NCBI GenBank assembly: GCA_964414425.1
Contig: CAYPWL010000007.1
Location: forward strand, 20,789-84,788
Length of the DNA stretch: 64,000 nt
Origin: an uncultured Saprospiraceae bacterium
GTDB lineage: Bacteria; Bacteroidota; Bacteroidia; Chitinophagales; Saprospiraceae
Direction of reading: 5' to 3'
Shown here piece after piece: positions 28,440 through 39,434 of this stretch. Under the pieces are notes generated by a model that did not search any database, had not been told where the DNA came from, and was given only the letters and a program-made list of their open reading frames with translations. Every line of letters starts with the position of its first letter. Position 1 is the first letter of the stretch. A program made the translations under genes and the position numbers.

Positions 28440-29417
28440 ATGACCAATCAAGTTGAACCGATACTAAAAGAAAACCCCAATAGATTCGTCCTATTCCCAA
28501 TAGAGCATGATGATATATGGTCATTCTACAAAAAATCCGAAGCAAGCTTTTGGACTGCAGAAGAAATCGATCTACACCAAGACTTATCTGATTGGGCAAA
28601 TAAGTTAAATGATGATGAGCGATTTTTTGTAAAGCATGTTTTGGCATTCTTTGCAGCAAGCGACGGTATTGTAAATGAAAATCTTGCCGAGAACATGGTT
28701 AGTGAGGTTCAATACACTGAGGCTAAGTTCTTCTATGGGTTCCAGATCATGATGGAAAACATCCATTCTGAAACTTACTCACTACTGATAGATACCTATA
28801 TAAAAGATAACAAGGAGAAAGATTACCTGCTTAATGCAATCGAGAATTTGGATTGTGTTAAGAAAAAAGCAGACTGGGCGTTCAAGTGGATTGAAAACGG
28901 ATCATTCGCCGAGCGCCTGATCGCATTTGCTGCAGTTGAGGGAATATTCTTCTCTGGGTCATTCTGTTCAATCTTTTGGTTGAAGAAGCGTGGTTTAATG
29001 CCAGGATTATCATTTAGTAATGAGTTGATATCACGTGACGAAGGAATGCACTGTGATTTTGCTTGTTTGCTGTACAACCAGCATATACAGTACAAACTTC
29101 CGAAAGGGACGATCAAAGACATGATCGTCAGTGCAGTTGATATTGAGAAAGAATTCGTCAGTGATGCACTACCGGTAAATCTTATCGGTATGAATTCGGA
29201 TCTGATGTGTCAATACATTGAGTTCGTAGCAGATAGATTGTTATTATCATTAGGAAATGACAAAGTGTATAATGCTGAGAATCCATTCCCATGGATGGAG
29301 CTTATATCACTACAAGGTAAAACCAACTTTTTTGAGAAGAGAGTTGGAGATTATCAGAAGTCTGGAGTCATGGCAGACAAAGACAAGCAAGTTTTCTCTT
29401 TGGACGAAGATTTCTAA
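28440..29417 (+). CDS. nrdB: Class Ia ribonucleotide reductase small subunit (R2)
   Basis: [19 protein letters not shown] and di-iron/tyrosyl ligand blocks ([33 protein letters not shown]). Confidence 0.93.
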   Translation: MTNQVEPILKENPNRFVLFPIEHDDIWSFYKKSEASFWTAEEIDLHQDLSDWANKLNDDERFFVKHVLAFFAASDGIVNENLAENMVSEVQYTEAKFFYGFQIMMENIHSETYSLLIDTYIKDNKEKDYLLNAIENLDCVKKKADWAFKWIENGSFAERLIAFAAVEGIFFSGSFCSIFWLKKRGLMPGLSFSNELISRDEGMHCDFACLLYNQHIQYKLPKGTIKDMIVSAVDIEKEFVSDALPVNLIGMNSDLMCQYIEFVADRLLLSLGNDKVYNAENPFPWMELISLQGKTNFFEKRVGDYQKSGVMADKDKQVFSLDEDF

Positions 29418-29536
29418 CATACAACAATTACTCAATCAATATACTAACATCAGGAACCGGGGGATAGACTTTACCAAGCCAACCTAATCTAACCTTATCC
29501 TACCTATTCCATCATGCATAAACTCTCTTAATAATT

Positions 29537-31891
29537 ATGGAAGTACTTAAAAGAAGCGGGAAGACAGAAAAAGTGTCCTTTGATAAAATCACAGCAAGAA
29601 TCAAGAAGTTGTGTTATGGCTTGGACTCAGTTCATGTTGATTCTATCGAAATCGCTAAAAAGGTGATTCAAGGTTTATACGACGGAGTATCAACTACGGA
29701 ACTTGACAATCTCGCAGCGGAGACAGCCGCTTCGATGGCAGCACATCATCCTGATTATGCCCAGTTAGCAGCAAGGATAGCAGTATCCAACTTGCATAAA
29801 AACACTGATAAGTCTTTCGTCAACACCATGACTTCACTCCATGGCTACATCGACCCTAAGACAGGAGCTAAGGCGGGTTTGATAGGAGATGAGACGATGA
29901 GTATCATAGAGAAAAACCGAGACCAGTTAGACTCAGCGATAATTTATGATAGAGATTATAGCTTTGATTACTTCGGATTTAAAACTTTGGAGAGATCGTA
30001 CCTCCTCAGGATGGATGGCCAAGTAGTGGAGAGACCACAACATATGCTGATGAGAGCAGCAGTAGGTATCCATGGTGAAGATATTCAAGCAGCGCTTGAA
30101 ACGTATAATTACATGTCCGAGAAGTGGTTTATCCATGCCACACCGACCTTGTTCAATGCAGGCACACCTAAGCCTCAGTTGAGTTCATGCTTCTTATTAT
30201 CAGCAACAGAAGATAGTATCCCAGGAATATTTGAAACGCTATCACGATGTGCTAAGATCTCACAGTCAGCCGGGGGGATCGGATTAAGTATCCATAATGT
30301 CAGAGCACAAGGATCTTACATAAAAGGTACGGGAGGAACCTCTAACGGTATTATTCCGATGCTTAAGGTGTTCAACGATACAGCAAGATATGTCGATCAA
30401 GGTGGTGGAAAGCGTAAAGGGGCATTTGCCATATACCTAGAGCCATGGCACGCAGATGTTTTTGATTTTCTCGAGCTTAAGAAGAATCACGGTAAAGAAG
30501 AAATGAGAGCGCGAGATTTATTTTATGCGCTTTGGATACCGGACTTATTCATGAAGAGAGTGAAGGAAGATGGTGAATGGTCTCTATTCTGTCCAAATGA
30601 AGCACCTGGATTATATGACTGCTACGGCGCAAAGTTCGAAGAACTATATCACCAGTACGAGCAAGAGGGTAGAGCAAGACGGACTATTAAAGCTCAAGAT
30701 CTTTGGTTTGCAGTATTGGAGTCACAGATAGAAACAGGTAATCCATATATCCTCTACAAGGATGCTTGTAATGAAAAATCCAATCAGAAGAACCTCGGTA
30801 CGATTCGATCAAGTAACTTATGTACAGAGATTGTTGAGTATACAGCGCCTGATGAAGTAGCAGTCTGCAACTTAGCCTCTATATCATTAGCGAAGTTTGT
30901 AAAGGAGGATGCTACTTATGATTTTGATAAGTTGCACGAGGTTACTCGAGTAATCACTCGAAACCTCAATAAGATTATAGATATCAATTACTATCCGATA
31001 CCAGAAGCTGAGAATTCTAACTTTAGGCATCGCCCAATTGGTATAGGAGTTCAAGGCTTAGCCGATGCATTTATCAAGATGGGTCATCCATTTGACAGCG
31101 AGGAAGCACGGAAGTTAAATCAAGATATCTTTGAGACGATCTATCATGCCTCTGTTATGGAGTCTAATATCTTAGCCCAGCGTGATGGTTCGTATGAATC
31201 ATTTAAGGGCAGTCCAGCGAGTAAGGGGATATTACAGTTTGACATGTGGGATGTAACTCCGTCAGATCGATACGACTGGAAAGCGCTCAAGGCAGATATT
31301 AAGAAAGGAGGAATGAGAAATAGTCTCCTCTTAGCACCAATGCCAACAGCATCTACGTCTCAGATACTTGGTAACAATGAGTGTATTGAGCCTTACACAT
31401 CTAATATCTATACACGTCGTACCCTCTCAGGTGAGTATATCATCGTCAATAAGCATTTGCTGAAAGATTTGATTTCAGAGGGGCTCTGGAATGACGAAAT
31501 GAGAGAGCGATTAATGGCGAGTAATGGTTCCATCAAAGATTTTCCAGATGTGCCGGAGCGCCTTAAAGCACTCTACAAGACAGTCTGGGAACTAAGCCAA
31601 AAGGCGATCATAGATCTTGCGGCTGATCGAGGAGCATTCATTTGTCAATCTCAGAGCTTGAATTTATTCGTCGAGAATCCGAACTTCGGTAAGCTGACAT
31701 CTATGCACTTCTACGCATGGCAGAGAGGACTTAAGACAGGCATGTATTACTTGAGGTCTAAGGCTGCAGTTGATCCAATTAAGTTCACCTTAAGTGCTAA
31801 GCATCAACAGAAGTATGTCAACCAAGAAGAGGTGGTGGCAGAAGGCGAAGTCTGTACAATGGAAGAAGGTTGTCTATCTTGCGGTAGTTAA
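29537..31891 (+). CDS. nrdA: Class Ia ribonucleotide reductase large subunit (R1) with ATP-cone
   Basis: ATP-cone ([20 protein letters not shown]), catalytic SNLCTEI and [10 protein letters not shown] blocks, and a C-terminal CxxC tail (CLSCGS). Confidence 0.95.
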   Translation: MEVLKRSGKTEKVSFDKITARIKKLCYGLDSVHVDSIEIAKKVIQGLYDGVSTTELDNLAAETAASMAAHHPDYAQLAARIAVSNLHKNTDKSFVNTMTSLHGYIDPKTGAKAGLIGDETMSIIEKNRDQLDSAIIYDRDYSFDYFGFKTLERSYLLRMDGQVVERPQHMLMRAAVGIHGEDIQAALETYNYMSEKWFIHATPTLFNAGTPKPQLSSCFLLSATEDSIPGIFETLSRCAKISQSAGGIGLSIHNVRAQGSYIKGTGGTSNGIIPMLKVFNDTARYVDQGGGKRKGAFAIYLEPWHADVFDFLELKKNHGKEEMRARDLFYALWIPDLFMKRVKEDGEWSLFCPNEAPGLYDCYGAKFEELYHQYEQEGRARRTIKAQDLWFAVLESQIETGNPYILYKDACNEKSNQKNLGTIRSSNLCTEIVEYTAPDEVAVCNLASISLAKFVKEDATYDFDKLHEVTRVITRNLNKIIDINYYPIPEAENSNFRHRPIGIGVQGLADAFIKMGHPFDSEEARKLNQDIFETIYHASVMESNILAQRDGSYESFKGSPASKGILQFDMWDVTPSDRYDWKALKADIKKGGMRNSLLLAPMPTASTSQILGNNECIEPYTSNIYTRRTLSGEYIIVNKHLLKDLISEGLWNDEMRERLMASNGSIKDFPDVPERLKALYKTVWELSQKAIIDLAADRGAFICQSQSLNLFVENPNFGKLTSMHFYAWQRGLKTGMYYLRSKAAVDPIKFTLSAKHQQKYVNQEEVVAEGEVCTMEEGCLSCGS

Positions 31892-31921
31892 CTCTAACTA
31901 ACAGAAACATATAAGTATCAG

Positions 31922-31963
31922 ATGCGATACAGTCCATTAAGGATTGTATCGCATTTTTGTTTT
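31922..31963 (+). terminator. Intrinsic terminator after nrdA
   Basis: 10-bp perfect stem ATGCGATACA / TGTATCGCAT followed by TTTTTGTTTT. Confidence 0.7.
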
Positions 31964-32079
31964 ATAGCAATATAATGATCGTGGTGAGTATGCATATGAC
32001 ATCTAAAGATTCGAAGAAATACCGTATTTTACTCGTATCTATTAACCTTATAAATTATAGACAATTGAGAGTTATAAAG

Positions 32080-33384
32080 ATGGTCTTTATCATGGTCAGT
32101 ACCTTGCCGCTGATCCAAGCCTGTAATTCTAAATCTTCAAATGCTGGTTCTTCAACACAAGAACAAGATGGATGGGTTTCGATATTTAATGGAGAAAATT
32201 TAGATGGCTGGATAAATCATGGTCTAGAGAAGTGGTATGTGGAGAAAGGTGAAATCATCTGTGAAAGTGGCTCTGCTGAGGAGTATGGATATCTATCAAC
32301 TGAAAAATTTTATGATAACTATGAGTTAACCTTAGAGTTCAAGCAGGAGGCTAATGGGAACTCTGGAGTTTTCTTTAGGTCCACATTAGAAGGTGTCAAG
32401 ATAAGTGGATGGCAGGTAGAAGTAGCGCCACCAGAAAACCATACGGGCGGCATATATGAATCGTATGGTCGAGGATGGCTGATACAACCCGAGCCTCATA
32501 AAGACGCTGCATTAAAAATGGGTGATTGGAACTTGATGAGAATCATGGTAGCTAATGATAAAGTGACAACTTGGCTCAACGGTCAAGAAATGGTGTCTAT
32601 CAAGGACACTAAAATAGGTCAAGGCAAAGGCGCCATAGCCCTGCAGATACATGATGGAGGAGGTATTAAAGTGCGATGGAGGAACCTAAAGGTAAGAGAG
32701 ATAAGTGAGGTAGAAGCTGAGGAGTTTGCCGCTGACATGACTGATACGTGGGATTTTATTTTTGATGGTATCAGTATGGATGGATGGCGAGCTTACAATG
32801 GAGAAGCGATGCCTCCACAATGGGTGGTGAAAGACGGTATATTAACATTTGATGCAGAGCTCAAACTGGAAGAAGAGTTCACTGGAGGCAAGGACATTAT
32901 ATATGCTGATCAAGAGTATGCTGAGTTTGATTTAGCATTTGACTGGAAAATACCTGAGGGTGGTAATAGCGGAGTATTCTATCATCTCAAGGAGGGCTAT
33001 GACGCACCTTGGATGATTAGTCCAGAGTACCAACTGATTGATGATGCTGGTTGGGAGAGGTTAAATAATGCAACATTGGAGGGCGCTCAAAAAGTAGGAT
33101 CAGACTATGCCATGTATGCGGCGGATGATCAAACCAAAGTAATTAAGCCAGCTGGAGAGTGGAACAGCTCGAGAATCAGATTTACTAAGGATCAAGTTGA
33201 GTATTTTCTCAATGGTGCCAAAACGGTTTCCTTCGTGCCATGGTCTGAAGATTGGGAAAAAAGAAGGAGTAATGGTAAGTGGAAGGACTTTCCTGACTAT
33301 GGTAAGTTTAAGTCTGGGTTCATTGGTTTTCAAGATCATGACAGCCCACTCTGGTTTAAAAATATTAAGATCAAACAGCTCTAA
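32080..33384 (+). CDS. Lipoprotein with two tandem DUF1080 (3-keto-disaccharide hydrolase-like) domains
   Basis: Two copies of the pattern GW....G....W....G.I...GNSGVF......E.Q..D....G.I..Q.H......(F/W).N(I/L)K(I/V). LIQAC lipobox. I place the start at 32080; the upstream extension in the ORF track has no signal-peptide logic. Confidence 0.8.
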   Translation: MVFIMVSTLPLIQACNSKSSNAGSSTQEQDGWVSIFNGENLDGWINHGLEKWYVEKGEIICESGSAEEYGYLSTEKFYDNYELTLEFKQEANGNSGVFFRSTLEGVKISGWQVEVAPPENHTGGIYESYGRGWLIQPEPHKDAALKMGDWNLMRIMVANDKVTTWLNGQEMVSIKDTKIGQGKGAIALQIHDGGGIKVRWRNLKVREISEVEAEEFAADMTDTWDFIFDGISMDGWRAYNGEAMPPQWVVKDGILTFDAELKLEEEFTGGKDIIYADQEYAEFDLAFDWKIPEGGNSGVFYHLKEGYDAPWMISPEYQLIDDAGWERLNNATLEGAQKVGSDYAMYAADDQTKVIKPAGEWNSSRIRFTKDQVEYFLNGAKTVSFVPWSEDWEKRRSNGKWKDFPDYGKFKSGFIGFQDHDSPLWFKNIKIKQL

Positions 33385-33393
33385 ATAAAGTAT

Positions 33394-34764
33394 ATGGGTA
33401 ATCGGAGAGAATTTATCAAAAAATCGGGGCTATTAGCGACCTCACTGACTGTTTCAGGAGGTGCACTGCTCAGCTCTTGCCAAGATAAGGCAGTTGTTAA
33501 GAAACTTAGTTCACTCAGAACGGCACACATTGGAGTCGGAGGAATGGGCATGGAGGATCTAAAAGCCATGGCAACTCATGCAAAAGTGATCGTTACTGCG
33601 CTATGTGATGTGGACTCAAGGGCGCTATCCGCTGCTCATGAGATGTTTCCTGAGGCAAAGATCTACAAAGACTATCGGACTATGCTGAAGGAAATGAAGG
33701 ATATGGTTGATGCCGTAGTGGTCTCAACGCCAGATCATACTCATGCACCAGCATCTATGATGGCTATGGAGATGAATAAACCTGTCTACTGCCAGAAGCC
33801 ACTAACGCATCATGTGTCAGAGGCAAGAGCTATGAGTAAGATTGCAAAAGAGAAGAACCTTGTGACTCAGATGGGGATCCAAGTACATTCTTTCTATGAT
33901 TATAAGTTAGCCACACAGTTGATTCAGTCGGGGATCATTGGCAAGGTCAGCAAAGTGTATGCTTGGTCACCAAAGAATTGGGGATATGACGGCCCAGCTC
34001 CCACTACTACTGATCCTGTACCAGATTATCTCGATTGGAACTTATGGTTGGGAACAGCCAAGCATAGAGATTACAAGGATGGCATGTATCATACTATGAA
34101 CTGGCGTAAGGTTGTAGACTATGGTTGTGGTACTTTAGGAGATATGGGGGTACATATTTTTGATACACCGTATAATGCCTTGCAGCTTGATGTGCCCAAC
34201 ACGATCAAAAATGAATGTCGACCTCCAAATGAATTCGGTTTTCCAGAGCATAACGTGGTGACCTATGAGTTTCCAGGTACTAAGTACACTACGGATAATT
34301 TCAAGTGGATCTGGTATGATGGTACTGGTGCACCAGAACAAAGCGATGAGCTAAAACTCCCTGTAGAGGACGAATCACTTCCAGAGCAAGGAGCCATGTT
34401 CGTAGGGGAGAAGGGTAGGTTATTACTACCTCACTTTATGGAACTACCAAGACTTATAGTAGATGGAGAGTATCAGAAGCTTGATCTCAGTATAATTGAC
34501 GAGAGTGTGCTCGAGTCACCTCCAGCAGAAAGAGACTACGGACAAGAGAGCGTTACTCATTATCATGAGTTTATTGAGGCTTGTATGGACAATGGTGAGT
34601 GTACTGCACCGTTTTCTTATGCATCACGATTGACCGAGACCATTTTACTCGGAGTTATTGCAGGATATTTTCCTAATGAGACCCTGCATTGGGATAGTGA
34701 GAGTTCTAAGTTTGCGGAAGAGGAGGCTAATCAGTTTCTCGATGTTCCATATCGGACATTTTAG
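33394..34764 (+). CDS. Gfo/Idh/MocA-family oxidoreductase with twin-arginine signal
   Basis: NRREFIKKSG Tat motif and LLSSC lipobox. Rossmann region (IGVGGMG...CDVD) and the conserved CQKPL motif. Confidence 0.85.
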   Translation: MGNRREFIKKSGLLATSLTVSGGALLSSCQDKAVVKKLSSLRTAHIGVGGMGMEDLKAMATHAKVIVTALCDVDSRALSAAHEMFPEAKIYKDYRTMLKEMKDMVDAVVVSTPDHTHAPASMMAMEMNKPVYCQKPLTHHVSEARAMSKIAKEKNLVTQMGIQVHSFYDYKLATQLIQSGIIGKVSKVYAWSPKNWGYDGPAPTTTDPVPDYLDWNLWLGTAKHRDYKDGMYHTMNWRKVVDYGCGTLGDMGVHIFDTPYNALQLDVPNTIKNECRPPNEFGFPEHNVVTYEFPGTKYTTDNFKWIWYDGTGAPEQSDELKLPVEDESLPEQGAMFVGEKGRLLLPHFMELPRLIVDGEYQKLDLSIIDESVLESPPAERDYGQESVTHYHEFIEACMDNGECTAPFSYASRLTETILLGVIAGYFPNETLHWDSESSKFAEEEANQFLDVPYRTF

Positions 34765-34791
34765 ATCTCGAGGGCTCTCGTCAGATAAGTC

Positions 34792-35502
34792 TTAGAGATC
34801 ATATAGGTCTTTCAGTGATTGTATTGCATTTTTTGTCTCAACGGTGGCTGGTCCTTTAAAAACTTTAAGTCGACTTGATTGACTGAGCTCATAGTTGATG
34901 TTGGGATTTGGATCAATGTAATATATAGGAGCTTCTGGACGTGCATATGCCGTTAAACTTGCTGCTGGATACACCTGCATAGATGTTCCTATGATAATGA
35001 TAGCCTCACTTTCTTCTATAACTCTAATAGCTTTCTCAATCATTGGTACTGCCTCTCCAAACCATACGATATATGGTCTCATCTGATATCCTTTGGGACA
35101 TTTATCTGATAGCTGAATATCGCCATCCCAAGTCTTTACATAAGTAGGATCACCCGTACTTGACGCTTTAAAAAGCTCGCCATGCAAGTGAATGATATGA
35201 GATGAGCCGGCTCTCTCATGAAGGTCATCTACATTCTGAGTGATTACAGTGATGTTAAAGTATTCCTCCATCATGGCAATGTCCAAATGTGCTCGATTAG
35301 GTTCTACCTCCTTTAGTTGTTTTCTCCTTTGATTGTAAAACTCTAATACCAAAGCGGGATTATTATTAAAACCTTCAGGACTTGCAACCTCCATAACGTC
35401 ATGGCCTTCCCAAAGCCCGTCAGCATCTCTGAATGTTTTTATACCACTTTCAGCGCTGATACCAGCTCCAGTTAAAATCGAAATGTGCTTTTTTGTTGAC
35501 AT
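34792..35502 (-). CDS. cobB: Sir2-family NAD-dependent protein deacylase (CobB-like, short Bacteroidota form)
   Basis: GAGISAESGIKTFRD, TQNVDDLHERAGS..IIHLHG and GTSMQVYPAA motifs. 236 aa, stand-alone. Confidence 0.88.
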   Translation of the reverse strand: MSTKKHISILTGAGISAESGIKTFRDADGLWEGHDVMEVASPEGFNNNPALVLEFYNQRRKQLKEVEPNRAHLDIAMMEEYFNITVITQNVDDLHERAGSSHIIHLHGELFKASSTGDPTYVKTWDGDIQLSDKCPKGYQMRPYIVWFGEAVPMIEKAIRVIEESEAIIIIGTSMQVYPAASLTAYARPEAPIYYIDPNPNINYELSQSSRLKVFKGPATVETKNAIQSLKDLYDL

Positions 35503-35544
35503 AAGTTAATTAGGCATGAATGAAAGGTGAACTCACTACAGCTA

Positions 35545-35752
35545 CTTTAGATTATATAATGTTAAAATTATAAAATGTAGGGTTTATACATTGAGCAATA
35601 AGGGTTAACTCCTATTCACTAGGGATTATATTGCCATTGTTAATTGGAAATAGACTGAAAGTGATATGAAATTGAGCTCTTTAGATGATATAATGTTAAA
35701 ATCATGAAATGTAATGTTTATTTGCTCAGAAATCAGGGTTAACTCGTGCTCA
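35545..35752. repeat. Two imperfect direct copies of an approximately 75-nt element (134-bp period) in the cobB / porP-like intergenic region
   Basis: Copy 1 starts at 35545 and copy 2 at 35679. The first 43 nt match at about 38 positions (CTTTAGAT.ATATAATGTTAAAAT.AT.AAATGTA) and both copies share the core AGGGTTAACTC. Confidence 0.6.
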
Positions 35753-35940
35753 GTATGTTTATATATTGTTATTTTTAATATACATTAAATGTCTTATCTG
35801 TAAATTACATTACACAGACCGACTTATTCGGGGTAAATTTACGCAGTAGAAGTGACAATCAGATTGGATGAATCTCAGTCATTGTGGTTGAAACACTATA
35901 CTTGTTTGCAATAAACATGAACAAAAACTGATAATTTGGA

Positions 35941-36972
35941 ATGAAAAGGCTAATTATACTTTTTCTATTCTCTGCTTTTGTTGACGCAGTTGTGGCTCAG
36001 GATATTCATTATTCTCAGTTCTATAATTCGCCTCTCAACATAAATCCAGCAAAAACAGGGATTTTTAATGGCGACAAAAGAATAAATCTCAGCCATCGCA
36101 ATCAATGGAGATCCATTGTTCCGTGGACTACGTTTACGGCGTCGTATGATCAAAAGTTTTATCCCAAAAAGGATAGAGACTATTTCTTTTCTGGAGGGGT
36201 ATTACTAAACTATGACAGCCAAGAACGTTTAGGTGATTTAAATCTCTTTAATATCAACCTGACAGGTTCATACACGTACATTCTAAACGAGAACAATCTT
36301 CTCACAGGAGGATTGTTGTTAGGATTTGCCAACCGAGCAGTGGATATCAATTCACTTACTTGGGATGCGCAATGGAATGGAGCAACTTTTGACCCTTCAC
36401 TTGATCCTAATGAGTTGTTAGATGCACGGAGTACATCCTTCTTGGAGACAGGTTTAGGCATTAATTATAGGTGGCAAAAATCTAAGAGAACTAAACTCGA
36501 TTTAGGAGTAGGGGTATATCATTTTGCAGAGCCCAACGTCGCATTCAGAGATGACTTAGAAGATATCAATCTCTCGAGGAGATTTTCCTTGACAGGAGTT
36601 GGAACATTCCAATTGTCTGATAAATTTGATTTGCAACTGAACGCTTTGGGCCAGATACAAGGACCTAATAATGTATACACAGTTGGAGGTTTAGGTAAGA
36701 TTCATGTAAATCAGCAAAGAGGGAAAGAGACAGAACTGCACCTTGGAGTTGGATATCGTACAACTGGCACGATATGGCCAATCATAGCCTTGCAATACCA
36801 AAACTTCTATATATCTGGTAGTTATGATATAGACATTTCTGATTTCAGTGACTTGGGTGGTGTTCTTACTGGAGACAACAGGCACAACCCCAGCACATTT
36901 GAATTGCATTTCACTTACATCATAACTAATGTTAAACCATTTAAAAAGGTGAAGGTATGTCCGATATTCTAA
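35941..36972 (+). CDS. PorP/SprF-family type IX secretion outer-membrane protein
   Basis: Signal peptide followed by the family signature AQDIHYSQFYNSPLNINPAKTG. Beta-barrel-like composition and a C-terminal aromatic end. 343 aa. Confidence 0.88.
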   Translation: MKRLIILFLFSAFVDAVVAQDIHYSQFYNSPLNINPAKTGIFNGDKRINLSHRNQWRSIVPWTTFTASYDQKFYPKKDRDYFFSGGVLLNYDSQERLGDLNLFNINLTGSYTYILNENNLLTGGLLLGFANRAVDINSLTWDAQWNGATFDPSLDPNELLDARSTSFLETGLGINYRWQKSKRTKLDLGVGVYHFAEPNVAFRDDLEDINLSRRFSLTGVGTFQLSDKFDLQLNALGQIQGPNNVYTVGGLGKIHVNQQRGKETELHLGVGYRTTGTIWPIIALQYQNFYISGSYDIDISDFSDLGGVLTGDNRHNPSTFELHFTYIITNVKPFKKVKVCPIF

Positions 36973-36983
36973 GAGGAACGAGA

Positions 36984-39422
36984 ATGAGATTAAAGAATAT
37001 CCTATTAGCTGGAGTACTTAGCGCAGTTTGTTTTGTTGGGTATGGACAGAATTTAGGACAGTATATATCTGCAGCAGAAGAGTCTTTTCGTGGAGAAGAT
37101 TACTATAGCGCGCTTTCATATTATTTGGAAGCAATACAGTTTGATACATCTGACATAGATGTGATGTATGATATTGCCGAGTCAGCAAGATTGTTTGATT
37201 CTTACAATATCTCCAAAAAGTATTATACAAAGGTAGTGGATTTAGATGATACCAATACTTATCCATTGGCACCATTCTATCTCGGAGAAATGTCACAGAT
37301 AACAGGTGACTATCAATCTGCAATTACATACTATAACTTATATCTGTCTGAGCAAGAAGGAGAAGATGAATATCTAACTGCTAAAGCTAAGAAGGAAATA
37401 AGCTCGGCGGAGTGGTCACTTGAGATGGCAGATAATGTCCAGGAAAATATAACCGTCCAGAGATACGGTGATGAAATCAACACTGAGTACTCCGAGTTCG
37501 GAGCTACCAAAACTGATGATGGAGTAATATATAGTTCCTTGGCTTTTCAAACAGAAGAGGAGAGAAATATCCCTACTAAGGCGATCTCTAAGATTGTCAA
37601 GTCGACCAGCGAAGGTGTACAAGATTCTTATGCTGAATTAAATCGAGCTAACTTAAATACGGCTCACACAACATTCAACACTAATAACTCAAGGATCTAT
37701 TATACCATATGCGATTATCTCAATGCCAATGATATCAGATGTGATCTATACAGTAGAGCCATCTTAGGTGATGGTACGTATGGTGAAGAAACTAAATTGC
37801 CAGACCACATTAATGGTAGTGCGCACACCTCGACTCAGCCAAACGTGGCATTTGATAGCGATTTAGGAAAGGAGGTACTCTACTTTAGTTCTGATAGAGA
37901 TGGCGGTGAGGGTAAAATGGATCTATGGTACGTAACAATCGATGGTTTAGATAAGTATTCTGATCCAGTAAATTTGAGTGGTCTCAATACTGCCGAAGAT
38001 GATATCACACCATTCTATCATGCCAATTCTCAAGTGCTATATTTCAGTTCTGAAGGTTATACTTCATTAGGAGGATTTGATATATATAGATCTCCTAAGG
38101 ATAACGGAACTTTTGGAGAGGTCGAGAACTTAGGATTGCCAATCAATAGTAGCTATAATGATGTCTACTACAATCTTGATGATGATGGAGAAACTGCTTT
38201 ATTTTCTTCCAACCGTACAGGAGCTAAGTTCGTAGATCCGCTCAACGAATCATGTTGTTACGACATTTTCGAGTCTGACATCGAGGAAGTTATCATCAAT
38301 CTGAATGCGCTCACATTTGATGCAACTACGTTGGATACACTGACAGATGTAAAAGTTGATTTGATATGTGCTGATAATGGACAGATCATGGATACGCGCT
38401 CAAATGTCGCTGGTGCTGACCATCCGTTTACGCTTGAGCGAGGTAAGGAATATTTAGTCGTAAGTTCTAAGGAGGGATATGCACCTGATACGATGTTGCT
38501 GAACACGAATAGGATTTATTCGTCAGAGGATATTGTCAGAAAAGTATTCTTGAAGAGAAATTCTTTGGATTTATTGGTTTACACCTATGATGATATTAGC
38601 AAGTTGGCTTTGCCAGGTACCACTGTCAAACTCATAGATCTTACAGACGGAACTGTCCAGGAAAAAGTAATAACTAATGAAGAAGCTAACGATTTCTCAT
38701 TTACGGTAATACCAGGACATGAGTATCAAATAATTGGATTCAGAGATCGCTATGGAGAGGCAAGTACTATGTTTAAAGCTATTGACGAAGACGGTACAGG
38801 AATCATTACAAGAAAGCTATACTTAGAGAGACGAGATCTTAATATCTATCTACCTCTTGCGCTTTATTTTGATAATGATGAGCCGAATAAAAGATCTGTT
38901 AGCCTGACTACTGACAAAGATTATACAGAGACCTTTGATGAATACATCTTCCGTAAGCAACAGTTTAAGGACGAGTATACCAAAGGGATGTCTGATACCG
39001 AGATGGGTTTAGGCGAGTCACGTCTCGAGGATTTCTTTGAGAACGACGTCAAAAATGGTTTTGATAACTATCAGCAATTCTTACAAGCCATGTTGAAGCA
39101 ACTGGATAAAGGAAGAACCTTTGAATTAAGCATCAGAGGATTTGCAAGTCCACGTGCTGATACAAGGTACAACTTGGCATTAAGTCAGAGAAGAGTAATA
39201 TCTGTCGAAAATGATATCAGATCTTTTGCGGACGGAGCTTTGACCACGTTCATTGATAATGGTCAATTAAAGATTACTCAATTGTCTTATGGTGAAAATT
39301 TAGCACCCGAAGGCATCAGTGATGTCTTTAGAGATAGAAGAAACTCTATATATAGCCCAGAGGCCTCTAAGGAGCGCCGAGTGGAGATAGTCGAGATCAA
39401 AACACAACTCTTTAACGAATAA
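36984..39422 (+). CDS. PorE-like OmpA-family protein (TPR / TolB-type beta-propeller / CarboxypepD_reg-like / OmpA_C)
   Basis: TPR-like N-terminus. PD40-type repeats (VLYFSSDRDGGEGKMDLWYV, VLYFSSEGYTSLGGFDIYRS, ALFSSNRTG). Two CRD-like stretches. C-terminal IRGFASPRADTRYNLALSQRRV (OmpA_C-like). I place the start at MRLKNILL (36984), 11 nt after the PorP-like stop. Confidence 0.8.
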   Translation: MRLKNILLAGVLSAVCFVGYGQNLGQYISAAEESFRGEDYYSALSYYLEAIQFDTSDIDVMYDIAESARLFDSYNISKKYYTKVVDLDDTNTYPLAPFYLGEMSQITGDYQSAITYYNLYLSEQEGEDEYLTAKAKKEISSAEWSLEMADNVQENITVQRYGDEINTEYSEFGATKTDDGVIYSSLAFQTEEERNIPTKAISKIVKSTSEGVQDSYAELNRANLNTAHTTFNTNNSRIYYTICDYLNANDIRCDLYSRAILGDGTYGEETKLPDHINGSAHTSTQPNVAFDSDLGKEVLYFSSDRDGGEGKMDLWYVTIDGLDKYSDPVNLSGLNTAEDDITPFYHANSQVLYFSSEGYTSLGGFDIYRSPKDNGTFGEVENLGLPINSSYNDVYYNLDDDGETALFSSNRTGAKFVDPLNESCCYDIFESDIEEVIINLNALTFDATTLDTLTDVKVDLICADNGQIMDTRSNVAGADHPFTLERGKEYLVVSSKEGYAPDTMLLNTNRIYSSEDIVRKVFLKRNSLDLLVYTYDDISKLALPGTTVKLIDLTDGTVQEKVITNEEANDFSFTVIPGHEYQIIGFRDRYGEASTMFKAIDEDGTGIITRKLYLERRDLNIYLPLALYFDNDEPNKRSVSLTTDKDYTETFDEYIFRKQQFKDEYTKGMSDTEMGLGESRLEDFFENDVKNGFDNYQQFLQAMLKQLDKGRTFELSIRGFASPRADTRYNLALSQRRVISVENDIRSFADGALTTFIDNGQLKITQLSYGENLAPEGISDVFRDRRNSIYSPEASKERRVEIVEIKTQLFNE

Positions 39423-39434
39423 TATTCATTCATA

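Noticed and set aside
31957-32079. N-terminal extensions suggested by the ORF track for several genes. Here it is the DUF1080 protein; the others are hemL 15781-15840, yidC 26938-26961, dapB 49394-49423, hemE 49399-49440 and tpiA 58796-58831.
   Set aside because: The extensions lack homology logic. Internal ATGs give canonical N-termini or signal peptides: MINRAKSE, MEKNQIIG, MNILLIGYG, MSYKNEILL, MKRKKIAAANWKMN and a lipoprotein leader.
34792-35502. The Sir2-domain protein as a possible anti-phage NADase (Thoeris, DSR or similar).
   Set aside because: It is a 236-aa stand-alone protein with the full CobB-type deacylase motif set. It has no fused or adjacent effector or sensor gene, and its neighbours are metabolic genes.
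35545-35752. The direct repeats as a CRISPR array or MITE.
   Set aside because: There are only two copies, they are imperfect, and the period is 134 bp. There are no terminal inverted repeats, no target-site duplication and no cas genes.
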